NCBI GenBank assembly: GCA_040830765.1
Contig: JBFOMH010000005.1
Coordinates: 1-64,000 of the forward strand
Length of the DNA: 64,000 nucleotides
Direction of reading: 5' to 3'
Source of the DNA: Puniceicoccaceae bacterium
GTDB taxonomy: Bacteria; Verrucomicrobiota; Verrucomicrobiia; Opitutales; Oceanipulchritudinaceae
Shown here one piece after another: positions 57,083-64,000 of the stretch. Both the position numbers and the translations under genes were made by a program. The stretch's first letter is position 1, and every line of letters begins with the position of its first letter. A model generated the notes under the pieces. That model searched no databases. It saw only the letters and a program-made list of their open reading frames with translations, and had not been told where the DNA came from.

Positions 57083-58369
57083 ATGAATCGGTTTCGAAGT
57101 ATCTGTTTGGTGGCAGGGATGTTGCTACCGGTTACGCTGTTTGCCAAGGAGGTGGTGGAATTTGATTGGTTAAGTGATTGGTTCAAGGGCGGACCAATGG
57201 GACCATGGCTTATCGATAATGGGGATGTGGCCATCTTCGGAGAACACAACTGGAATCCGGTGGTTTCCTATAACTATAATAGATGGGAATCTGGAACGAC
57301 AGCCCATTTGCCCGAGCTTGAGGATTATGAGATCTGGGACGTCTCAAATGATGGCTCCGTATTTGTAATTAGCCGAGAGGACCACCTGTTTGTAAAAGTG
57401 AATGACGATTGGCAAGTAATCGAGGACACGTCCGGGCAGTGGGGAGGTCTAACGTGGCTTGGAGTGCATCTATCCGGCAACGGCGAGGTTGCCGTGGGAA
57501 CAGACGGTGACAAGACTTGGATATGGACGGAGGGTGAACTCCGCCTCCTTGATGGCCGCGCAGGACCTCCAGTTGGGATATCGGATGACGGCACCGTCGT
57601 AGCCGGGGTTGAAGATCCGTGGCTGCCGGGTTCAAATGCCTACCGCTGGGTGAATGGTGTCTACGAACAGATACACGAACCCGCAGGCGGGTGGCCTGGT
57701 GGTTCTCGTTGGGTGACAGCAATGTCCGGGGACGGCTCAACTCTGTTTTCCCATACTTGGATATGGAAGTATGGGGAGATACAAGGGTTCGACTTCGGTA
57801 TGATAGATGTTGGTCTCGGACCTCGTACCAATGAAGATGGGACGCTGCTGGTGGGGAGGTATTACCACCACGATTCGGACAAGTTAGATATCGTTATTCT
57901 GAAAGAGGAAGATAATTGGGCTCCAACACTATTAAGTGACATTCCATTGAGGCAAGGGGGGCAATTCGATCAAGCCATTCAAGAACTAGATGCTATAGAG
58001 GTTACAAGCCTCAGTCGTGATGGATCTGTTTTAACTGGTTATGGATGGCGAAACGACAATAGCTGGAGATTCTATCGAATGGAGCTCCTCACCGTATTCG
58101 GCCGCCACCTCGTCCACGAAGGGTATGTTGACACAAAGCAATGGCTGGGCTGGTTGCAGGTGGAATATGACCCATGGGTCTGGTGTCTGGCTACTCAATG
58201 CTGGTTCTACATTAGTGAAGATGTAGCTATAGCGGAAGGAGGCTGGATGTATGCCCCCAACATGGCGTCACTGGAAGTGTACCCTGCTTCAGGATATGGC
58301 TGGAGCTATAAACTGAGCAAGTGGCTCTATGTCGATCCCAGTGGCAGCGGCTGGGTGTATGTGCTCTGA
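57083..58369 (+). CDS. Secreted beta-propeller/HAF-like repeat protein with Trp-rich C-terminal domain
   Basis: A GGAGGG RBS precedes the start and the signal peptide ends LFA. Repeats read VSNDGS, LSGNGE, ISDDGT, MSGDGS and LSRDGS. Confidence 0.72.
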   Translation: MNRFRSICLVAGMLLPVTLFAKEVVEFDWLSDWFKGGPMGPWLIDNGDVAIFGEHNWNPVVSYNYNRWESGTTAHLPELEDYEIWDVSNDGSVFVISREDHLFVKVNDDWQVIEDTSGQWGGLTWLGVHLSGNGEVAVGTDGDKTWIWTEGELRLLDGRAGPPVGISDDGTVVAGVEDPWLPGSNAYRWVNGVYEQIHEPAGGWPGGSRWVTAMSGDGSTLFSHTWIWKYGEIQGFDFGMIDVGLGPRTNEDGTLLVGRYYHHDSDKLDIVILKEEDNWAPTLLSDIPLRQGGQFDQAIQELDAIEVTSLSRDGSVLTGYGWRNDNSWRFYRMELLTVFGRHLVHEGYVDTKQWLGWLQVEYDPWVWCLATQCWFYISEDVAIAEGGWMYAPNMASLEVYPASGYGWSYKLSKWLYVDPSGSGWVYVL

Positions 58370-58584
58370 AGGTTTCCCCCTTGCCAATTTTCCAAAGGGA
58401 TTGCCGGACCCATACGAATCAAGACCCTCTTGATGCGGCAGGTGGGACCCTGTGTGCTTTAGAAACCTTGCAGGCTTGAACAGTCTGGCTTCATTCAGTT
58501 AAATAAACAGCTGATGAAGCAGGTGAAGCTGGTTGATCGAGCCCTTCCTTTTCCGGAGGGGCACGACAAGGAGGTGATTGGATA

Positions 58585-60072
58585 ATGCCACCTTCCACCA
58601 TTCTGGGGATTGACCAGGGAACGACCGGCACACGGGCGGTGGTCATGAATTCCCGGGGGCAGGTGGAATCATCCGCTTACCGGAAACACCAACAGATCAT
58701 GCCCGACCTCGGGAACGGTATCCGGGGGGTTGAACATGACCCGATGGAAATCTGGAACAACACCCGGGAAGTTGTTGAAGCCGTTATTGCCAACCATGAC
58801 ATCGCGGCCATAGGGATCGCCAACCAGGGGGAAACCGTCATGCTGTGGAACCGCAAGACCGGTGAACCGCTGCACAATGCCATCGTCTGGCAGGACCAGC
58901 GAACACAGGACTGGATGGATGAGCTCCGGAATGATGCATCCCTCGTGAAGCATGTCGCGACAACCACCGGATTGCGACTGGATGCCTACTTCTCGGCCAG
59001 TAAGATAAGCTGGCTGCTGAAGAATGTCCCGTCAGCCGGTAAACTGCTGGAGAGCGGCGATCTATGTGCCGGTACGCTCGATGCATGGCTGATCTACAAA
59101 CTCACCGGGGGAAAGTCCTTCGTCACCGATCCAAGTACAGTGGCCCGGACGCTGTTGTTCGACATTCATAAGCAGGAATACGACGAGCAATTGCTTTCGC
59201 TGTTTCAAATTCCCTCCCGGATATTGCCGGAAGTTGTGGATCGCGATTTTGGAACCGTGTCCACCATTGCCGGACTTGAGGGTGTCCCCATCGCAGCCAG
59301 CCTTGTCGACCAGACCGGTGCCGTTTTCGGTCAGGGCTGCCTTCAGCCCGGCGATCTCAAGGCCACTTATGGCACGGGTTGTTTTGTCTTCATGAATACC
59401 GGTCCGGATCCCGCCCTCAATGACAGCGGTTTGCTGAGCGTGATTGCCTGGAGCCGGGATGCCGAGGTTACCTATGCCCTGGATGGAGGCATATTCACCG
59501 CGGGAGCGGTGGTGGAATACCTGTCCAGTCAACTGGGTTTTCTCAAGGATGCCTCTGAGCTGGATTCCATCCTCGAAAAAACCCCTACTTCCGGATCGGT
59601 GGTATGCGTACCTGCCTTTGCCGGACTGGCCGCCCCCTTCTGGGAACGGGGTGCCAAGGCCGCCTTTTTCGGAATGGACTTGTCCACCCCGAGTGAGGTT
59701 CTGGTCAGGGCGGCAATGGAGGGAATCGCCTGCCGAGTGGTCCAGGTTGTTCGGGCAATGGAGGCAGCGGCCTCCACCAAGGTTCGTTCCCTGCGAGTGG
59801 ACGGGGGTCTGGTCCGCAGTCGGGAATTCGCACAAATCCAGGCCGACCTGCTCGGGCTGCCGGTTTCCGTATTGGAGAACCCGGAAGCCACCGTGATGGG
59901 GGTCTGCTACATGGCGGCTAGGATGGCCGGCATCTGGGAAAGCGACCAAGCCGTTCTCGACTGTGTCAGGATTGCCCGGACGGTTTATCCGAACTGCGAG
60001 GCCAAATCACGGGATGCCCTGAATTCCAGGTTTGATAATGCCTGCGAGATCGTTAAAAACTTTAAAAGCTGA
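58585..60072 (+). CDS. glpK: Glycerol kinase / FGGY carbohydrate kinase
   Basis: Motifs GIDQGTTGTR, IVWQDQRT, YFSASKI.W, KATYGTGCF, PAFAGLAAPFW and LRVDGG, with an AAGGAGG RBS. Confidence 0.85.
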   Translation: MPPSTILGIDQGTTGTRAVVMNSRGQVESSAYRKHQQIMPDLGNGIRGVEHDPMEIWNNTREVVEAVIANHDIAAIGIANQGETVMLWNRKTGEPLHNAIVWQDQRTQDWMDELRNDASLVKHVATTTGLRLDAYFSASKISWLLKNVPSAGKLLESGDLCAGTLDAWLIYKLTGGKSFVTDPSTVARTLLFDIHKQEYDEQLLSLFQIPSRILPEVVDRDFGTVSTIAGLEGVPIAASLVDQTGAVFGQGCLQPGDLKATYGTGCFVFMNTGPDPALNDSGLLSVIAWSRDAEVTYALDGGIFTAGAVVEYLSSQLGFLKDASELDSILEKTPTSGSVVCVPAFAGLAAPFWERGAKAAFFGMDLSTPSEVLVRAAMEGIACRVVQVVRAMEAAASTKVRSLRVDGGLVRSREFAQIQADLLGLPVSVLENPEATVMGVCYMAARMAGIWESDQAVLDCVRIARTVYPNCEAKSRDALNSRFDNACEIVKNFKS

Positions 60073-61445
60073 TGGACCCATTCGATGCAGTTGTTGTTGG
60101 AGGAGGTGTTGTCGGTACAGCGATAGCCCGGGAACTGGTCAAGGCAGGTGCGAGAACAGCCCTCCTTGAGGCTTGTGACGATGTCGGGAAAGGCACCAGC
60201 CGGGCCAATACCGCCCTCCTCCACAGTTCCTATGATGCCAAGCCAGGGACGCTCGAAGCGAAACTTCTTCATCGCGGCTTCAAGTTGATGCAGCAATACG
60301 GGCCAAGCGCAGGAATTCCCATTGAAAAAACCGGTGGACTTCTCGTCGCATGGAACGAGGAGCAGATGGAACAGCTGCCGCATATCCGTGAGAGGGCGAA
60401 CCAGAATAATGTTTTGGATACGGAAATTGTCTCACGGGCTGAAGTGTACCGTCGCGAATCGCATCTTGGTGAAGGGGTCCTTGGCGGTCTCCTCGTTCCG
60501 GAGGAATCGATTATCTGTCCCTTCACCCCTACCCTCGCCTACGCGACCGAGTTTGTCCGCAACGGCGGAAGCCTCTTCCTGAATTCACCGGTTGAGGACA
60601 TCTCAATGGTCAACGGCGGATACCGGCTACAGGCCGGCGACAAGACCATCGAGGGTGAGTGGATTATCAACGCCGCAGGGCTTGAGTCCGATACCATCGA
60701 CCACATGGCCGAATTTGAACGGTTCACCGTCACGCCCCGCCGCGGGGAACTGATCGTCTTCGACAAATTTGCGAGGAATCTTTTGAGCCACATTATCCTG
60801 CCGGTCCCGACGGCCTATACCAAAGGTGTGCTCATCAGCCCGACGGTATTCGGAAACGTTCTCCTTGGACCAACTGCCGAGGACCTGGAAGACAAGACCG
60901 ACACAGCTTCCAGTCGCGACGGTATGGAAGGCCTCCTGGAAAAGGGACGAAAAGTAATGCCGGCCCTGCTCAAGGAGGAAGTTACTGCCGTCTATGCCGG
61001 CCTGCGAGCCGCCACGGAACATAGCGATTACCAGATCCATATGGAGAAGGATAAGAAGTACGTCTGCGTGGGAGGAATCCGCTCAACCGGGCTCTCTGCC
61101 TCCCTCGGTATCGCGGAATATGTAGTCATGAAAATGATACAGGAGGGCTTTCCGGAAAAGCCCTCAACGGAATGGCATCCAGCAAGGATGCCCTACATTG
61201 GTGAAGCCGAACTGCGACCCTATAACGATCCTGCGAAGATCTCCGCCAATCCCGACTATGGAAGAATCGTCTGCCACTGCGAGAAAGTCACCCTCGGGGA
61301 GATACGCGACAGCCTCGTATCGGACATTCCTCCGCGCAACCTGGACGGCCTGAAAAGACGGACCCGGAGCAGCTTTGGAAGATGCCAGGGATTTTTCTGT
61401 ATCGCTGAACTGCAATCCCTCTTGGACGGAGACCACACCCGATGA
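60072..61445 (+). CDS. FAD-dependent oxidoreductase (GlpA/LhgO-like) with BFD-like [2Fe-2S] C-terminus
   Basis: Motifs VGGGVVG, GTSRANT, INAAGL, GIRSTGL and CHCE...GRCQGFFC are present. Confidence 0.85.
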   Translation: MDPFDAVVVGGGVVGTAIARELVKAGARTALLEACDDVGKGTSRANTALLHSSYDAKPGTLEAKLLHRGFKLMQQYGPSAGIPIEKTGGLLVAWNEEQMEQLPHIRERANQNNVLDTEIVSRAEVYRRESHLGEGVLGGLLVPEESIICPFTPTLAYATEFVRNGGSLFLNSPVEDISMVNGGYRLQAGDKTIEGEWIINAAGLESDTIDHMAEFERFTVTPRRGELIVFDKFARNLLSHIILPVPTAYTKGVLISPTVFGNVLLGPTAEDLEDKTDTASSRDGMEGLLEKGRKVMPALLKEEVTAVYAGLRAATEHSDYQIHMEKDKKYVCVGGIRSTGLSASLGIAEYVVMKMIQEGFPEKPSTEWHPARMPYIGEAELRPYNDPAKISANPDYGRIVCHCEKVTLGEIRDSLVSDIPPRNLDGLKRRTRSSFGRCQGFFCIAELQSLLDGDHTR

Positions 61446-62692
61446 ACGAGGAAGCCCATCAACAACCGGACGTTCTGGTAATCGGTGGCGGGCCTGCCGG
61501 GCTGGCAGCAGCCGTTCAGTTGAAGCAACTGGGATGCGGGAACGTTGTTGTCATTGAACGGGAAAAAGTTGCCGGTGGAATACCAAGGCACTGCTTCCAT
61601 ACCGGTTTTGGAATCAGGGACTTAAAGAGGATCATCTCTGGCCCGAAATATGCCGCGAATTATGTGCACCTTGCCGGAAATGCAGGGGTTACCCTTCTCA
61701 CTGAAGCAACGGCCATCGCATGGAAAGACGACTTGGCAATCCAGGTAACCTCCCCGCAAGGAATCCAGATGTTCGCGCCCAAAGCCGTTCTTCTGGCCAC
61801 CGGTTGCCGTGAACGCCCTCGGTCGGCAAGGTTTATTCCCGGGGACCGTCCTGCTGGCGTCTACACGACGGCGGCACTTCAGCAGCTGGTATATCTCCAA
61901 TCGCAAAAGGTGGGATCACGGGCCGTGGTCGTTGGTGCGGAGCATGTCAGCTTTTCAGCGGTCGCTACCCTTGCTGCTGCAGGTTGTAAAACCATCGGAA
62001 TACTCACGGAACATCCGCATCACCAGACCTACCGGCCCTTCCACTGGTGGGTTGCCGGACGCAAAAGGATCCCCGTTCATACCGAGTGCAAGGTGGTGGG
62101 AATCCAAGGAAAGGGCCGGGTGGAGTCCATCGAATATCTGGATCTGCAAACGAAACAATCGCATGCCATCGAATGCGATACAGTCGTCTTCACCGGTGAC
62201 TGGATTCCGGACAACGAATTTGCCAGGCTGGGCAACCTGGAGATCAATGAATGGACAGACGGCCCGGAAGTCGATCAGTGCCTCTGTACTTCCCGGCCCG
62301 GCGTGTTCGCTGCCGGCAATCTTCTCCGCGGGGCCGAAATGGCCGACACCGCAGCAGCGGAAGGTCGATATGCTGCAAGGCAAATCGCGACATACTTGGA
62401 AAATCAAAAATGGTTCGCGGAGCATTCCCGCATCCGGATTGTTCCCATATCACCCGTCAAATGGGTTTCCCCTAATACAATCAATCCGGAGGGCCCCGGT
62501 TCTCTGCCGGAAAGCCAATTGGTATTCCGGGTAGACCGCTTTCTTGGAAAAAGCAAGGTGCAACTTTTGGGGGATTCAAGTGTAATTGCGGAACGAACAT
62601 TCAGACGGCTGGTACCCAACCACTGGTACGGACTCCGGTTTCAGTTCAGAAACTTTGATTTCAAGGAACTGGCCGTCCGCGTCGAGGATTGA
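61442..62692 (+). CDS. NAD(P)/FAD-dependent oxidoreductase (partner of the GlpA-like subunit)
   Basis: Motifs IGGGPAGL, GGIPRHC.H.GFG, ATGCRERPR and GVFAAGN are present. Confidence 0.82.
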   Translation: MNEEAHQQPDVLVIGGGPAGLAAAVQLKQLGCGNVVVIEREKVAGGIPRHCFHTGFGIRDLKRIISGPKYAANYVHLAGNAGVTLLTEATAIAWKDDLAIQVTSPQGIQMFAPKAVLLATGCRERPRSARFIPGDRPAGVYTTAALQQLVYLQSQKVGSRAVVVGAEHVSFSAVATLAAAGCKTIGILTEHPHHQTYRPFHWWVAGRKRIPVHTECKVVGIQGKGRVESIEYLDLQTKQSHAIECDTVVFTGDWIPDNEFARLGNLEINEWTDGPEVDQCLCTSRPGVFAAGNLLRGAEMADTAAAEGRYAARQIATYLENQKWFAEHSRIRIVPISPVKWVSPNTINPEGPGSLPESQLVFRVDRFLGKSKVQLLGDSSVIAERTFRRLVPNHWYGLRFQFRNFDFKELAVRVED

Positions 62693-62809
62693 ATTCCTGA
62701 ACAATCGGCAGCCCTTTGTGATCTTGTCATGCGGCCTCCATGGCGTTATGCTGAACGCATGTTCCAACCAAGTATTCTAACCCGCTTTTCAACGCTGAAC
62801 CCCTTCAAG

Positions 62810-63910
62810 ATGAACCGGCACCGCCTGATAGCCTCAATGGCGGCGGTTCTCTTCCTTGCCCCCGGGATTACGGCACAAGTTAAGACTGAAAATGTGATCC
62901 TTATCATTCTGGATGGTGTGAGGACGAATGAGGTTTTCCAGGGAGTTGACCTGGAACTCCTGAGAGCCCATGAGACAAAGAAGCCCGTCGAGGAGTCCGA
63001 ATTGTACAAGCAGTTCTGGGCGGACACAGCGATCGAACGCCGGAAAAGCCTGATGCCCTTCTTCTGGGAGGTCTGGATGGAAAACCACGGTTCCATTGCC
63101 GGGGACCGATGGAACGGCAGCGAAGTCCTCCTGACCAACAACCATTGGTTCTCCTACCCGGGATACTCCGAAATCCTCACGGGACAGGCAAATGACGAGG
63201 AAATTGCCAGTAATGCCGCTGTGCAAAACCCCTATCCCTCTGTGATGGAGTTTTTTGCCTCCAAATTGGAGCTTCCGCAGTCAGGCATTGCTTCCTTCGC
63301 CTCGTGGTCCGTCATGGATTACATCGTCGAGAAGAACCGCGGAACCATTTTCTCCAATGCCGGTTACGAGGCCTATGAGACTCCCGATCCGGCGATTCAG
63401 CTACTGAGCGAGCTGCAATTCAAGACCCTCAGCCCATGGGATACGGTTCGCCATGACGCCTACACCTTCCGCTTCGCCATGGATTATTTGAAAAGGCATC
63501 GTCCCAGGGTCCTTTACATGGCTTTGGGGGAAACCGATGACTGGGGCCACGAGAAGCGTTATGACCGGGTTGTCCAGGCTATTCATGCCAACGATGCCTA
63601 CTTTCGCGAACTCTGGGAATTTCTCCAGTCCGACGACCAGTACAAGGACAAGACGACCATTCTCTTAACGACCGATCATGGCCGTGGGGACCAGGTCGAG
63701 GATTGGCCGCATCACCGCAGCAGCATTGAAAGCTCCAAGTATTGCTGGATCGCCGTAATGGGACCCGACCATAAACAGCGTGGCAGTCTGCAGAACATCA
63801 AGACCATCGGGATGAACCAGATTGCCGCAACCTTGTCAGCGTTCCTTGAACTTGATTACTCGGAATGGAACGAAGAGGCCGGCGAGCCCATTTCCATTTT
63901 CCTCAAATAA
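62810..63910 (+). CDS. Secreted alkaline-phosphatase-superfamily metalloenzyme
   Basis: Signal peptide, then ILDGVR, FSYPGYSE, ETDDWGH and TTDHGRG. Confidence 0.8.
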   Translation: MNRHRLIASMAAVLFLAPGITAQVKTENVILIILDGVRTNEVFQGVDLELLRAHETKKPVEESELYKQFWADTAIERRKSLMPFFWEVWMENHGSIAGDRWNGSEVLLTNNHWFSYPGYSEILTGQANDEEIASNAAVQNPYPSVMEFFASKLELPQSGIASFASWSVMDYIVEKNRGTIFSNAGYEAYETPDPAIQLLSELQFKTLSPWDTVRHDAYTFRFAMDYLKRHRPRVLYMALGETDDWGHEKRYDRVVQAIHANDAYFRELWEFLQSDDQYKDKTTILLTTDHGRGDQVEDWPHHRSSIESSKYCWIAVMGPDHKQRGSLQNIKTIGMNQIAATLSAFLELDYSEWNEEAGEPISIFLK

Positions 63911-64000
63911 GCCAGTCACGGCTCGCTCCTCTTGCGGGAGGGCACCGCATTCCATTTGGGCAGCAGGATCAAGCCTCCCAGCAGGGAGGTGATGCCGAAC

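Overview
This window is gene-dense, GC-rich bacterial chromosome, most likely from Verrucomicrobiota (Opitutia/Puniceicoccaceae-like); that call is an inference from the DUF5069 gene and lineage-typical C-terminal domains. Much of it is housekeeping: zwf-opcA-pgl, tyrS, ggt, zinc-independent L36/L31, trpA, an M16 peptidase, waaA, kbl/tdh, dinB, tkt, a cysJ-like gene, a cyclophilin, pepF, dus, addBA, hpf and rluA. Accessory parts include a Cys-rich repeat surface protein (5' end outside the window), an octaheme cytochrome-TPR protein, an ArsR-sqr-tusE-dsrE-FadL-thioredoxin-peroxiredoxin sulfur cluster, a heparinase/MFS/dehydrogenase block, vapBC next to tRNA-Ile2(CAT), two secreted proteins with modular C-termini and a glpK-glpA-like operon. 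The most striking observation is a two-gene operon at 9795-11655 of Hcp (T6SS/phage tail tube) homologues. Both carry Sec-type signal peptides, one is fused to an Ig-like domain and a putative C-terminal surface-sorting domain, and no other T6SS gene lies in the window. This suggests a domesticated tube-protein surface structure. Other observations are several REP/REPIN families (two supply stop codons of real genes), a structured leader upstream of hpf and a possible SOS box upstream of dinB. All family assignments come from motif recognition by eye; no searches were run.
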